DNA of 61,574 bases, the filler included. It is 6 parts of 6 records of this genome, joined end to end, with 100 filler letters (N's around TTAATTAATTAA, not from the genome) between each part and the next. Parts side by side here need not be neighbours in the genome. Positions count along the whole stretch, not along the records: positions 1 to 12,857 come from DRR723986_14204; positions 12,958 to 23,422 come from DRR723986_14207; 4 more parts are not named here. One strand, 5' to 3'. The position numbers and the translations under genes are program-made. Under the pieces are notes generated by a model. That model did not search any database and had not been told where the DNA came from. It saw only the letters and a list, made by a program, of their open reading frames with translations. Below, piece by piece: positions 11,831 through 21,639 of this stretch. The first letter of the stretch is position 1; every line of letters starts with the position of its first letter.

Positions 11831-12768
11831 CAGCCCAGGCAGCCACACCCGTCAAGCGGATGGAGATAGAAGCCGCCCGCCGGCGCCGGGCGCGCATGGC
11901 CGAGGCTCAGCGCCTCAACAAGATGACACGGGAACTGGTCACCCCGGAAGGCGCGAAGCTGCACCTGAAGCTCGCCACCGCTGCAGAGCGGGCCGGCGCC
12001 TTTGCCATGGACGTGGCCATCCAGTGGGCCATCGTGATCGGCACTTTGCTCGGCCTCAGCTATGGCGCCGCGTCCATGGGCATCGAGAATGTGAACATCG
12101 CTTTCGCCTTCTGGCTGGTGTTCTACTTTTTCATCCGCAACTTCTATTACATCTTTTTCGAGATCGGCCGGAAGGCCGCCACGCCCGGCAAGCGCGCCCT
12201 GGGCCTTCGGGTGGCTTCCCGCGATGGCGGACGGCTGACGGCCAATGCGGTGCTGGCCCGTAACTTCACCCGGGAAATCGAGGTCGGCCTGCCGATCCAG
12301 TTCCTGCTGATGGGCGGCGACCAGCTCGGCGCCTGGATGGCCTTATTCGGCCTGCTGTGGTCCGGCGTGTTCCTGTTCTTCCCGGTGTTCAACAAGGACA
12401 AGCTTCGCGTCGGTGACCTGATCGCCGGTACCTGGGTGATCAAGGCGCCGAAGGTAAAACTGATGGGCGACATTGCGCAGGTCACCGTCACCGCCCCGCG
12501 CACCAACATGTTCCCTTTCACGCCGGAACAGGCAGACGCCTATGGGATTCATGAACTCCACGTCCTGGAGGATGTGCTGCGCCAGTCGACCGGCGATATC
12601 AAACAGCAGGTCGCCGAACGGATCCGCACCAAGATCGGCTGGGTCGCCCAGCCCGGCGAGACGGACATTGCCTTCCTCGAAGCCTATTATGCCGCCCTGC
12701 GCCGCCGGCTGGAACAGCGTATGCTGATGGGCGACCGGAAAGCCGACAAGTTCGACGTACGGCGATAA
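11827..12768 (+). CDS. RDD family protein with C-terminal helical extension
   Basis: TPEG..L, R..A..D, TPGKRALGLRV, RVGDLIAGTWV. Confidence 0.9.
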   Translation: MTAQAATPVKRMEIEAARRRRARMAEAQRLNKMTRELVTPEGAKLHLKLATAAERAGAFAMDVAIQWAIVIGTLLGLSYGAASMGIENVNIAFAFWLVFYFFIRNFYYIFFEIGRKAATPGKRALGLRVASRDGGRLTANAVLARNFTREIEVGLPIQFLLMGGDQLGAWMALFGLLWSGVFLFFPVFNKDKLRVGDLIAGTWVIKAPKVKLMGDIAQVTVTAPRTNMFPFTPEQADAYGIHELHVLEDVLRQSTGDIKQQVAERIRTKIGWVAQPGETDIAFLEAYYAALRRRLEQRMLMGDRKADKFDVRR

Positions 12769-12857
12769 AGCCGGCAAGTTTGCGCGGAAATATCTCGCTT
12801 TCCGTTTTCTCGAATTTATTGGTCCCCGGGCGCGGCTTCACCGGCGCGAGCTGGACA

Positions 12858-12957
12858 NNNNNNNNNNNNNNNNNNNNNNNNNNNNNNNNNNNNNNNNNNN
12901 NTTAATTAATTAANNNNNNNNNNNNNNNNNNNNNNNNNNNNNNNNNNNNNNNNNNNN
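12858..12957. other. artificial contig spacer (N44-TTAATTAATTAA-N44)
   Basis: Seen directly; the linker has stops in all six frames. Confidence 0.98.
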
Positions 12958-13005
12958 AGGGGGTGTACGGGGGGTGTACGCATGGCGCCCCCCCTATTGG
13001 TTAAC

Positions 13006-13033
13006 AAAAAGGGCCGCCCGAGGGCGACCCTTT
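13006..13033 (-). terminator. rho-independent terminator
   Basis: Minus strand AAAGGGTCGCCC-TC-GGGCGGCCCTTTTT, a GC hairpin followed by a U tract. Confidence 0.85.
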
Positions 13034-13190
13034 CCGAGAAATTAAGGAGGTGGGGTCGGTTAGACCAAGGCCCACCTGGGATGGATTGCGCAGCTAAGGC
13101 TGCCTAGCCGCGTCCCTCCCAGACTGTCCCGACGCACTTCTCCGATATCCCTCTAGACATGGGCACCTCCTTTCTGATTGTGAACTCGTA
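13006..13190 (-). ncRNA. candidate alphaproteobacterial sRNA (recalls BjrC1505-type, GAAAGGAGGTG..ATGTCT) containing an 18-codon ORF at 13104-13160
   Basis: TTGACA at 13223-13218, strong SD AAAGGAGG before ATG 13160 (MSRGISEKCVGTVWEGRG*), own terminator. Family resemblance is from memory, not a search. Confidence 0.55.
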
Positions 13191-13229
13191 CTAGGAGGGT
13201 GCCATAGATTTTGTGTTTGTCAAAAGTTT

Positions 13230-13853
13230 TTATGCAACCTGTGCTGTCAGTTTCGCCGTAAGCACCCGAAACGGCACAAGTGCCACCAAAGCGAGCGACA
13301 GTTTGACAAGCCAGTCGGCCACGGCCAGCGACACCCAAAGCGGCGCTTGCGGCCCGGCGCCAAGCAGCGGCAAAACCTCACCGGCCCAGGACACATCGTT
13401 GCCGGGTTCAAGGAAGGTCAGCGCACCCGAGAAGGCAATCGTAAAGAAAATCGCCGTATCCACCGAAGACCCAACCAAAGTAGACGCCAAAGGAGCCCGC
13501 CACCAAGCGCCCTCGCGCAGGCGATTAAAGACAGCGACATCAAGCAGTTGCGCGGTCAGGAAGGCAAGGCCGGAGCCAACCGCGATGCGCAGGGTCACCC
13601 ATGGGCCGAACTCGCCCATGATCTGGGTTCCGATCAGCGACCAGATGACACCGACGACGAATCCGGCAACGACAACTTTGCGCGCGGCAGTAACGCCGTA
13701 GACGCGGTTCATGACGTCGGTGACAAGGAAAGCCACCGGGTAAGTGAAGGCCCCCCAGGTCAGCCATTGACCGAAGAGAAACTGGACGAGGATATTTGAG
13801 GCGACAACAACGGTCGCCATGGCAAGAATGCCGGGCAGGTAAGAGCGGGTCAT
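13230..13853 (-). CDS. yhhQ: queuosine precursor (preQ0/preQ1) transporter, VUT/YhhQ family
   Basis: SNILVQ, TWGAFTYP.AFL.TD, RIA.GS..AFL.AQLLD, DT..FF.IAF. True start likely ATG 13853; the TTG at 13874 lies inside the riboswitch. Confidence 0.92.
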   Translation of the reverse strand: MTRSYLPGILAMATVVVASNILVQFLFGQWLTWGAFTYPVAFLVTDVMNRVYGVTAARKVVVAGFVVGVIWSLIGTQIMGEFGPWVTLRIAVGSGLAFLTAQLLDVAVFNRLREGAWWRAPLASTLVGSSVDTAIFFTIAFSGALTFLEPGNDVSWAGEVLPLLGAGPQAPLWVSLAVADWLVKLSLALVALVPFRVLTAKLTAQVA

Positions 13854-13861
13854 GTATATGG

Positions 13862-13890
13862 TCCGTTTTGACAAGGTAGCGGAGACTTGG
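13862..13890 (-). promoter_or_regulatory. preQ1 class I-like riboswitch aptamer (compact variant)
   Basis: CCAAG-UCUCCGCUAC-CUUG-UCAAAA-CGGA: P1 CAAG/CUUG, 10-nt loop, A-rich tail, P2 UCCG/CGGA pseudoknot. Ends 8 nt upstream of the yhhQ ATG. Confidence 0.75.
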
Positions 13891-13955
13891 CCCTGATCAT
13901 CAGGGACGGCGCGCTTTAACGCAGGCGAGGGGCCGATGGCAAGCCCCGCGCCATG

Positions 13956-14012
13956 GAAGACTTTTCAGGAAAAGTCTTCAGGTGCTGCAAAAAATCTTCG
14001 TGAAGATCTTTG
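13956..14012. repeat. two adjacent AT-rich palindromes (REP-like / possible terminator)
   Basis: GAAGACTTTTC-AG-GAAAAGTCTTC at 13956-13979 and ATCTTC-GT-GAAGAT core at 13994-14007. Confidence 0.55.
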
Positions 14013-15197
14013 TCAGCTCATGACCTCGGCCACAGCTTTGGCAACCAGCGGGATGGTTTCTGGGGTCAATCCTGCCACGTTCATCCGGCTGTCGAAGACA
14101 AGGTAGATGCCATGATCTTCCCGCAGGCGTTCAACCTGTTCCGGGCTTGCACCAAGCAGCGAGAACATTCCGCGATGTGCGGCGAGGAACGCAAAACGGT
14201 CAGACCCGGTGATGCGCTGCAACTCGGTCGCCAGTGCTTCCCGGTTGGCTTGCATGCCTTCGCGCATCTCGCGCAGTTCCGTTCGCCAGACATCTGTCAG
14301 GCCAGCATCCCCAAGGATCGTCTGCACCGCCCGCGCACCGTGATCGGGGGGGAAGGCAAAGTTCTGACGGTTGAGCCACGCCAGCATGCCGCCGGTTGCC
14401 GTCGCGGCCTTGTCGTCACCGCAGAGCGCAAGCGCGATCCCCACACGGTCACGATAGAGGCCAAAGTTCTTGGAACAGGAGGCAGCAATCAGCATCTCGG
14501 GCACCATGCCGGCCAGCAGACGCATCCCGGCGGCGTCTTCTTCAATGCCCTGACCAAAGCCCAGATAGGCCATGTCGACGAAGGGCACCGCGCCGGTCGA
14601 CAGGCACAGATCACCGACAGAGCGCCAGTCGTCCAGCGTCAGGTCCACGCCGGTTGGGTTGTGACAGCAGCCGTGCAGCAGGATCAGGTCACCTTTCTGC
14701 ACACCGGCCAGATCCTCCATCATGCCCGCCCTGTCCAACCCGCCGGTTTCCGCGTCGTAGTAGCGGTATTCGCGCATGTTGAGGCCAAGATAGCTGATGA
14801 TCGCCGGATGGTTCGGCCACGTCGGCGCGCTGATCCAGACCGTTGCATCGGGCGTCAGGCGCTTGACCATTTCCAAGACCTGCCGAACGGCCCCGGTGCC
14901 GCCGGGAGTGCCCGCAGCCGCGAGCCTTGTATGGGGCACCGCATCGGCGAAGAGCAGCCCCTTCATGGCGGCCAGATATCCGGCATCGCCCGCCAGCGCG
15001 ACATAGCCCTTGCTGTCCTGGGTCTTCCAGATCAGATCCTCGGCCGCTTTCACGGCTTTCATCACCGGCGTCTTGCCTTCTGCTGTCTTGTAGACACCGA
15101 CGCCCAGATCGACCTTGTCGTCCCGCGTATCCTCGCGGAACATCTGCATCAGCTGGATGATCTTGTCGGGTTGCGGGGCGATCAGGGTCTCGAACAT
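14013..15197 (-). CDS. tyrB: aromatic amino acid/aspartate aminotransferase (class I, PLP)
   Basis: DLGVGVY, TPGGTGA, PTWPNH, HGCCHNPTG, D.AY.GFG, SCSKNFGLY..RVG. Confidence 0.9.
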   Translation of the reverse strand: MFETLIAPQPDKIIQLMQMFREDTRDDKVDLGVGVYKTAEGKTPVMKAVKAAEDLIWKTQDSKGYVALAGDAGYLAAMKGLLFADAVPHTRLAAAGTPGGTGAVRQVLEMVKRLTPDATVWISAPTWPNHPAIISYLGLNMREYRYYDAETGGLDRAGMMEDLAGVQKGDLILLHGCCHNPTGVDLTLDDWRSVGDLCLSTGAVPFVDMAYLGFGQGIEEDAAGMRLLAGMVPEMLIAASCSKNFGLYRDRVGIALALCGDDKAATATGGMLAWLNRQNFAFPPDHGARAVQTILGDAGLTDVWRTELREMREGMQANREALATELQRITGSDRFAFLAAHRGMFSLLGASPEQVERLREDHGIYLVFDSRMNVAGLTPETIPLVAKAVAEVMS

Positions 15198-15209
15198 GGG
15201 TGCCTCTCC

Positions 15210-15767
15210 TCAGGCAGGGAATTGCGACGGGTCTCGGTCGCGGGTCAGGATGCGGGTGTGATCTTCGGTGCGGACGGGGGCAAAGCCCATCCGCTTGTAA
15301 AGATCCAAAACGCGCGGGTGGTCCAGCGTGCAGGTGTTGACGGTCATCTTCTGAACGCCCTCACGCGCCCATCCCGTGGTAATCGCGGTGCGCAGCAGGG
15401 TGCCACCGATGCCGCCACCGATTGCCTCGGGCACCAGCCCGAAATAGGCAAGGTCACAGACCCCGGCCTTGCGCCAGTCAAGCTGGAAGAACCCATTGGG
15501 CCAGCCATGGCGGTAGGCAACGAACAGTGAGACGTCCGGGTGCTGAACGAAGGATTTCACCGCCTCCGGGGCCTCGTTGAACTTGTCGACCCATTCATAC
15601 ATGCGCCCCACGGCATCGTAGAGCGACAGGAAGAACCAGACTGGGGGCTGCTCGCACCGTTCCAGCCGCACGTCGTCCGGCAATACAGGTGTCAGGGCCG
15701 GGGGGGCCGTCATCTCCAGATAGGTGATCGTGTAGGCGACTTCGGTGCCCGCAGGGGTGATGGTCAT
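15210..15767 (-). CDS. GNAT family acetyltransferase
   Basis: YFGLVPEAIGGGIG, VNTCTLDHP..L.LY...GF; ATGA overlap with the sseA stop. Confidence 0.88.
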   Translation of the reverse strand: MTITPAGTEVAYTITYLEMTAPPALTPVLPDDVRLERCEQPPVWFFLSLYDAVGRMYEWVDKFNEAPEAVKSFVQHPDVSLFVAYRHGWPNGFFQLDWRKAGVCDLAYFGLVPEAIGGGIGGTLLRTAITTGWAREGVQKMTVNTCTLDHPRVLDLYKRMGFAPVRTEDHTRILTRDRDPSQFPA

Positions 15768-16615
15768 CCCACCTCGACCTTCAACTGATCGAACTGGCCC
15801 CATTCGGACCACGAACCATCATAAAGCGCCCAATCCTTGTGACCGAGCAATTCAAGCCCAAGTGACAGGATCGCCGCCGTCACGCCAGAGCCGCAAGTGG
15901 TGATGATGCGCCGGTCCAGATCAACGCCCCCGGCCTCGAACGCAGCGCGCAGGGCGTCACCGCGTTTCATCGTGCCATCGGCATTCAGAAGTGTCGCGTA
16001 GTGCACGTTCTTTGATCCCGGAATACGGCCCGACCGAAGCCCCTCGCGCGGTTCAACCTCTTCACCCCGGAAACGACCGGCGCTGCGGGCATCCACGATC
16101 TGCCAGTCGCCCAGCTTGGCGGCGGCTGCCACCTGCGTGACGTCCTTGATCAGATGCGCCTGACGCTGCGCGGTCATGTGGCGGTCGCGCACGATAGGCG
16201 GCATATCCTCGATCTCGCGCCCCTCGGCCTGCCATTTGCGGATGCCACCATCCAGCACCGCGATATCGGTCTTGCCCATCAGGCGGAACAGCCACCAGAT
16301 GCGGGCCGCCGAAAAGAGACCATTTCCGTCATAGACAACCACCTGATGCCCGTCGCCCACGCCCATGGCGCGCATCCGGCTCATGAATTTTTCGGGCGGA
16401 GGGGCCATGTGGGGCAGGTCGCTGAGGGAATCGCACACATCGTCGATGTCGAAGAACCGGGCACCCGGGATATGGCCCGCGTCATATTCGGCCTTCGCGT
16501 CGCGGCCCATGTCAGGCAGGTAGTAGGACGCATCAATGATCCGCAGATCCGGATCTTTCATGTGATCGGCCAGCCACTGGGTGGATACAAGCATCTTGGG
16601 GTTATCTACGGACAT
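15764..16615 (-). CDS. sseA: 3-mercaptopyruvate sulfurtransferase
   Basis: Tandem rhodanese; GHIPGA, active site TCGSGVTA, LYDGSWSEW. Confidence 0.95.
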   Translation of the reverse strand: MSVDNPKMLVSTQWLADHMKDPDLRIIDASYYLPDMGRDAKAEYDAGHIPGARFFDIDDVCDSLSDLPHMAPPPEKFMSRMRAMGVGDGHQVVVYDGNGLFSAARIWWLFRLMGKTDIAVLDGGIRKWQAEGREIEDMPPIVRDRHMTAQRQAHLIKDVTQVAAAAKLGDWQIVDARSAGRFRGEEVEPREGLRSGRIPGSKNVHYATLLNADGTMKRGDALRAAFEAGGVDLDRRIITTCGSGVTAAILSLGLELLGHKDWALYDGSWSEWGQFDQLKVEVG

Positions 16616-16688
16616 CGGCGGTCTCCGTCAGGCACGGGGTTTTGATAGCCCTACGCGGGCCGGGGCCTGCTTTCAAGTGGGCGGGTTG

Positions 16689-17165
16689 TCAGCCCCTTTC
16701 GCGCAGCAGCCGCGATTTCTGGCGCTGCCAGTCGCGCTTGGCCTCTGTCGCGCGCTTGTCCTGGGTCTTCTTGCCCTTGGCGATGCCGATTTTCAGCTTC
16801 ACGATGCCCCGGTGGTTGAAATACATCACCAGAGGCACAAGCGTCATGCCCTGCCTTTGCGTGGCGTTCCACAGCTTGGACATCTCTTTCTTGCTGACCA
16901 GCAATTTGCGGCGGCGGCGTTCTTCGTGGCCCCATGTCTTGGCCTGCGCGTAGGGGGCAACATAGCTGTTGACGAGCCACAATTCGCCTTCTTCGACTGC
17001 GGCATAGCTTTCGGCAATGTTCGACCCGCCCTGGCGCATCGACTTGACCTCGGACCCTTGCAGGATGATCCCGCATTCGAGGTCATCCTCTATGGCATAG
17101 TCGTAGCGCGCCCGCCGGTTCTCGGCGATCACCTTGTAGTTGGGGTCTGATTTTGTCTGTGCCAT
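16689..17165 (-). CDS. smpB: SsrA-binding protein
   Basis: [24 protein letters not shown]. Confidence 0.97.
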   Translation of the reverse strand: MAQTKSDPNYKVIAENRRARYDYAIEDDLECGIILQGSEVKSMRQGGSNIAESYAAVEEGELWLVNSYVAPYAQAKTWGHEERRRRKLLVSKKEMSKLWNATQRQGMTLVPLVMYFNHRGIVKLKIGIAKGKKTQDKRATEAKRDWQRQKSRLLRERG

Positions 17166-17184
17166 GACGCTGCGATATAGGCGT

Positions 17185-17673
17185 TCAGTCTGCCGGATGC
17201 CAGCCCGGCGGCACGTCGATCGACGCTTTCCATGGCTTGATATCCAGAAGCGGCGTGTTGTCGTAGCAATCTATTGCGTCGATGGTCAGCAGGCCGGCGT
17301 CCCGGTCGATGCCTTGCAGGATCACCACTGCCAGTGCAATCGGGTTGGGACGCGCGGGGGACCGCAGGGCGAAGGTTCCGCGCGTTCCCTGTGCATGATG
17401 CGGGTTCTGGACCGCGATATTCCGGGACGCCTTGTCCATCCAGTAGAGCAGGACGACAGGCGTTCCCGGCTGCAACCCGTCCAGTGCCGGTATATAGGCA
17501 GGGGCAAGCTCTATCGTCGCGCCCTGCCCGGTGTCACGCGCCTGGATCAGGTTCTTCGGCCCGTGGCCCTTGGACCATGGCGTGCGGATCCGCCCGATGA
17601 AGGTGACACCTGCCTCGGCCCGGTCGGCCGGGTCGAAGGGCAGCGTCACTTCACCGTCGCGGATCTCGCCCAT
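17185..17673 (-). CDS. tsaA: tRNA (N6-threonylcarbamoyladenosine(37)-N6)-methyltransferase TrmO-like
   Basis: [30 protein letters not shown]. Confidence 0.85.
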   Translation of the reverse strand: MGEIRDGEVTLPFDPADRAEAGVTFIGRIRTPWSKGHGPKNLIQARDTGQGATIELAPAYIPALDGLQPGTPVVLLYWMDKASRNIAVQNPHHAQGTRGTFALRSPARPNPIALAVVILQGIDRDAGLLTIDAIDCYDNTPLLDIKPWKASIDVPPGWHPAD

Positions 17674-17674
17674 G

Positions 17675-18550
17675 TCAGTTGATCAGGCCTGCGTGTTGCA
17701 TGGCGGACTTGATCTCGTCCTTGGTCCCGTCCGAGACACCGATCAGCGGCAGGCGCACCTCGTCCGAGCACAGGCCCAGAACCGACATGGCGTATTTCGC
17801 GCCACACAGGCCGGGTTCCATGAAGATCGCCTTGTGCAGTGGCATCAGGCGGTCAGCGACCTGCAACGCGGTGGCGTAGTCGCCCGCCAGCGTCGCGTTC
17901 TGCAAGTCGGCACAAAGGCGCGGAGCAACGTTCGCGGTGACCGAGATACAGCCCACACCGCCCTGAGCGTTGAAGCCGTGCGCAGTGGCATCCTCGCCCG
18001 ACAGCTGGCAGAAATCCGGCCCGCAGGTGATGCGGGTCCAGCTGACGCGGGCCAGATCGCCGGTGGCGTCCTTCACACCCACGATGGACGGCAACTTGGC
18101 CAGTTCACCCATGGTGGCGGGCGTCATGTCGATGACGGACCGGCCGGGGATGTTGTAGATCACGATCGGCAGATCGCAGGCCTCCGTCAGCGCGGTGTAA
18201 TGCGCGATCAGGCCCGCCTGCGTCGGCTTGTTGTAATAGGGCGTCACGACAAGGCCCGCATCCGCGCCAACAGCCTTGGCGTGTTGCAGGAAGCGAATGG
18301 CCTCGACCGTGTTGTTGGACCCAGCGCCGGCAATGACCGGCACCCGGCCACCGGCTGCGGCAACCACGGCCTCGATCACCTGTTCATGTTCTTCATGCGT
18401 CAGGGTCGGGCTTTCGCCGGTCGTCCCCACGGGCACCAGACCGCTGCTGCCCTCGGCGACATGCCAGTCGACAAGTTTCTTCAGCGTGTCAAAATCCACC
18501 GCGCCGTCCTTGAACGGCGTGACCAATGCGGGCATCGAGCCTTTGAACAT
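17675..18550 (-). CDS. dapA: 4-hydroxy-tetrahydrodipicolinate synthase
   Basis: GTTGES, PYYNKP, YNIPGR, GVKDATG; start ATG 18550. Confidence 0.97.
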   Translation of the reverse strand: MFKGSMPALVTPFKDGAVDFDTLKKLVDWHVAEGSSGLVPVGTTGESPTLTHEEHEQVIEAVVAAAGGRVPVIAGAGSNNTVEAIRFLQHAKAVGADAGLVVTPYYNKPTQAGLIAHYTALTEACDLPIVIYNIPGRSVIDMTPATMGELAKLPSIVGVKDATGDLARVSWTRITCGPDFCQLSGEDATAHGFNAQGGVGCISVTANVAPRLCADLQNATLAGDYATALQVADRLMPLHKAIFMEPGLCGAKYAMSVLGLCSDEVRLPLIGVSDGTKDEIKSAMQHAGLIN

Positions 18551-18695
18551 CACACGCTTCCTTTCATGTCTGGTATCGCCGGGATCGGCGGAGGATCGCG
18601 ACCCGACGGTCGCCGCCCGCCTATTGCCAAGTAAGTGAGTTGCAAGCAAGGGCTGAGGCCCTATCCTTTAAGGATAGTTTCAAACCGGTGATCCG

Positions 18696-20633
18696 ATGCG
18701 ACAAGTTCTTTTTGCGATTCTCCTGACCTGCCTGCCAATCCCGGCTTTGGCGACGCCAGCGGCGCTGGCTGAGGCCATCGAGGCGCTTGGCAGCCGGGAT
18801 TACCCATCTGCGGAAGCAGCGCAAACTCGCGTGACCGACCCCGCCGCCGCCGATGTGGTGACGTGGATCCGGCTGCGTCAGGGGCAAGGAGAACTGTCGG
18901 AGTATTTCACATTCCTGTCCCAAAACCCGGATTGGCCCGGCCTGCCCTACCTGATCCGCCAGGGAGAGCGGAACATCGAGGACACCACGCCTGCCGCCAC
19001 GGTCATTGCTTATTTCGAAACGCAATTGCCCGAAACCGGATGGGGATCGCTTCGCCTCGCCGCCGCGCTGTGGGAGTTGGACCGGCGCGAGGACGCAATG
19101 GCCGAGGCGATCAGGGCATGGACGACCATGTCGCTGAGCGAAGAAGACCATGACCGGTTCATGATCGACTGGCCCCGCACCCTGCGCAGCCATCACGAAA
19201 CCCGGCTGGACCACCTGTTGTGGCAGGGAGAGGGCACGCAGGCGCGGCGTATGTATCCACTTGTCAGCGAAGGGTGGCAGCGGCTTGCCGAAGCGCGGCT
19301 GCTGCTGCGCGCCCGCCGGCCCGGCGTGGATGCCGCGATAGACGCCATTCCTTCGTCGCTGCGTGATCACCCCGGATTGGCTTATGAACGGTTCGTCTGG
19401 CGGATGCGTGAAGGGCTGACCAGCAGCGCAACGAGCCTGATTCGCGAAACCTCAGGCACTGCTGCTGCGCTCGGTCGGCCTTTGGAATGGGCCAACCGCC
19501 GCAGTTCTCTGGCACGAGATCTGATGCGTGAGGGGGATTTCCAGACCGCCTACGATGTGGCCGCGAACCATCATATCGACCCGGATGCAGACTACGTCAG
19601 TTACTCCGATCTCGAATGGATCGCAGGCTACAGCGCCCTGCGGATGGGGAATGCGGCCCGCGCGGCCGAGCATTTTTCCCACTTCACCGAAGCCGTGGAA
19701 TCCCCGATTTCCATGGGGCGGGCAGGTTATTGGCTTGGCCGCGCGCACGAGGCGCTTGGCAATGACGAAGCCGCCGCGCAGGCCTATGCGCTCGGGGCAC
19801 GGTTTCAGTCCAGTTATTACGGTCAACTGGCTGCCGAACGCGGCGGACTGCCCACGGACCCCGCCTTTCTGGGACAGGAAGATTTTGGCGACTGGCGGCA
19901 GGCAGCCTTCGTTCAGTCCAGCGTCTTCCGCGCCGCGGTACGCCTGCTGGAGGCGGGCGAGATTGCCCTGGCCGAACGGTTCTGGACGCATTTGACCGAG
20001 AGCCTGACCCGACAGGAAGCCGGACAGCTCGCCACGATGGTGATGGAGCTGGAAGAGCCCCATATCGCCCTGATGATCGCCAAGCGGGCTGCCACCATGG
20101 GCCACGAGATCATGCGCGCCTATTATCCGCTATCCGCAGAGCTGCTGGCCTATGATCTGCCTGTGTCGGACCGGCTGGTTCATTCCATCGCCCGTCGTGA
20201 AAGCGAGTTCGACCCGAGTGTGGTCAGCCACGCGGGCGCGCTTGGACTGATGCAGGTCATGCCCCGCACCGGGCGGGAAATGGCCCGGCGCCTCAGCGTG
20301 TCCTTCAGCGAGAGCCGCATGCGCGAAGACCCGGAATTCAATGCGACCCTGGGTGCGGCATACCTTGATCTGCTGATCGAGGAGTTTGGCCCCAACCCTG
20401 TACTGATCGCAGCCGCCTACAATGCCGGGCCAAGCCGGGCCGAACGCTGGATGGAAGCATTCGGAGACCCGCGCGATCCGTCGGTGGACGTGGTTGACTG
20501 GATCGAGTCGATCCCCTTCAGCGAAACCCGGAATTACGTGATGCGGGTGACCGAAAGCATGCGGATCTATGACGCGCTGCTAACTGGCCGGTTGCCGGAT
20601 CAGACCCTTTCGGACTTGTTGCAACAGCGCTAG
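18696..20633 (+). CDS. slt: soluble lytic murein transglycosylase (Slt70-like)
   Basis: Signal peptide, helical repeats, RESEF, GLMQVMP, AYNAG, ETRNYV. Confidence 0.92.
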   Translation: MRQVLFAILLTCLPIPALATPAALAEAIEALGSRDYPSAEAAQTRVTDPAAADVVTWIRLRQGQGELSEYFTFLSQNPDWPGLPYLIRQGERNIEDTTPAATVIAYFETQLPETGWGSLRLAAALWELDRREDAMAEAIRAWTTMSLSEEDHDRFMIDWPRTLRSHHETRLDHLLWQGEGTQARRMYPLVSEGWQRLAEARLLLRARRPGVDAAIDAIPSSLRDHPGLAYERFVWRMREGLTSSATSLIRETSGTAAALGRPLEWANRRSSLARDLMREGDFQTAYDVAANHHIDPDADYVSYSDLEWIAGYSALRMGNAARAAEHFSHFTEAVESPISMGRAGYWLGRAHEALGNDEAAAQAYALGARFQSSYYGQLAAERGGLPTDPAFLGQEDFGDWRQAAFVQSSVFRAAVRLLEAGEIALAERFWTHLTESLTRQEAGQLATMVMELEEPHIALMIAKRAATMGHEIMRAYYPLSAELLAYDLPVSDRLVHSIARRESEFDPSVVSHAGALGLMQVMPRTGREMARRLSVSFSESRMREDPEFNATLGAAYLDLLIEEFGPNPVLIAAAYNAGPSRAERWMEAFGDPRDPSVDVVDWIESIPFSETRNYVMRVTESMRIYDALLTGRLPDQTLSDLLQQR

Positions 20634-20760
20634 CGCCCCGATCAGACCGGTTTCGTCGCGCATCGACCCGCGGGGCCCGTTCCGGGCAACGGGAATGGGG
20701 GCGCTGCCCGCGTCACCTGTCAGGCGACACCCCCGAGACGGTTGGGCCAAGCTGAAGGGA

Positions 20761-21639
20761 TCAGGACGTTTCAGCCTCTCTGGCCCGGGCGCGCCAGAGC
20801 GTAAAGAGACCCGCCGCGACGACGATTGTCGCCCCAAGCACCACGTTCCATTCTATGCCTTCCCCGAACACCACGATCCCGAGCGAGGCGGCGAAGACAA
20901 GTTGCAGATAGGCGAAGGGCTGCACGGCGCTCGCCTCGGCCACTTCGTAGCATTTGATCAAGGTGAAATGACCCGCCGCTCCGGTTACACAGAGCAAGGC
21001 CATCCATGCCCAATCCGGCCCGGTCATCGGTTCCCAGAACCAGATACCCACGGCGGTCATTCCCACCGATCCGACAGTTCCGGTCCAGAAAAAGCTGGTT
21101 GCCGCGCTGTCCTTGCGGGCTGCGAACCGGGTCAGCAGACCATAAAGCGCAAACATCAATGCCGAGGCCAAGGGCACAACTGCACGCGGGTCAAAGACGC
21201 CAAAGCCGGGTTCCAGAATGATGATCACGCCGATAAAGCCAACACCAATCGCCGCCCATCTGCGCCAGCCGACGTTTTCACCCAAGACCGGCCCCGACAA
21301 CGCCGCGATCAACAACGGGTAGCAGGCAAAGACCGCGTGGCTTTCGACCAGACCCAACAGCGTAAAGCCCAGAACCATCACGCAGATCTCTGTCACCAGC
21401 AGGATGGCGCGGAAGCCCTGCAGGAAGGGTTGCTGCGTCGCCGCCGCCGCGCGCAGCCCGCCTGCCTTGCGAGAGGCCACCGCCATGACGAATGCCGCGA
21501 AGAACCAATAGCGGATCATCACCACCATCATGACGTTGTATTCCCCCGCCAGATGGCGCGAGATCCCGTCCTGCATTGCGAAGATGAAGGTGGTCAGCAC
21601 CATCAGCCAGATGCCGGTCCGCGTGTTCTGCTCGCTCAT
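20761..21639 (-). CDS. DMT/EamA family transporter
   Basis: About ten TMs in two EamA repeats; LGE.VGWRRW, QPFAY. Confidence 0.9.
   Translation of the reverse strand: MSEQNTRTGIWLMVLTTFIFAMQDGISRHLAGEYNVMMVVMIRYWFFAAFVMAVASRKAGGLRAAAATQQPFLQGFRAILLVTEICVMVLGFTLLGLVESHAVFACYPLLIAALSGPVLGENVGWRRWAAIGVGFIGVIIILEPGFGVFDPRAVVPLASALMFALYGLLTRFAARKDSAATSFFWTGTVGSVGMTAVGIWFWEPMTGPDWAWMALLCVTGAAGHFTLIKCYEVAEASAVQPFAYLQLVFAASLGIVVFGEGIEWNVVLGATIVVAAGLFTLWRARAREAETS

Noticed and set aside
12902-12913. TTAATTAATTAA repeated five times, as a regulatory site or repeat family
   Set aside because: Always centred in N runs; an artificial joining linker.
14010-15530. 506-aa + strand ORF
   Set aside because: Shadow of the aminotransferase and GNAT genes.
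16689-17165. tmRNA next to smpB
   Set aside because: Flanking intergenic gaps are too short and lack tRNA-like ends.
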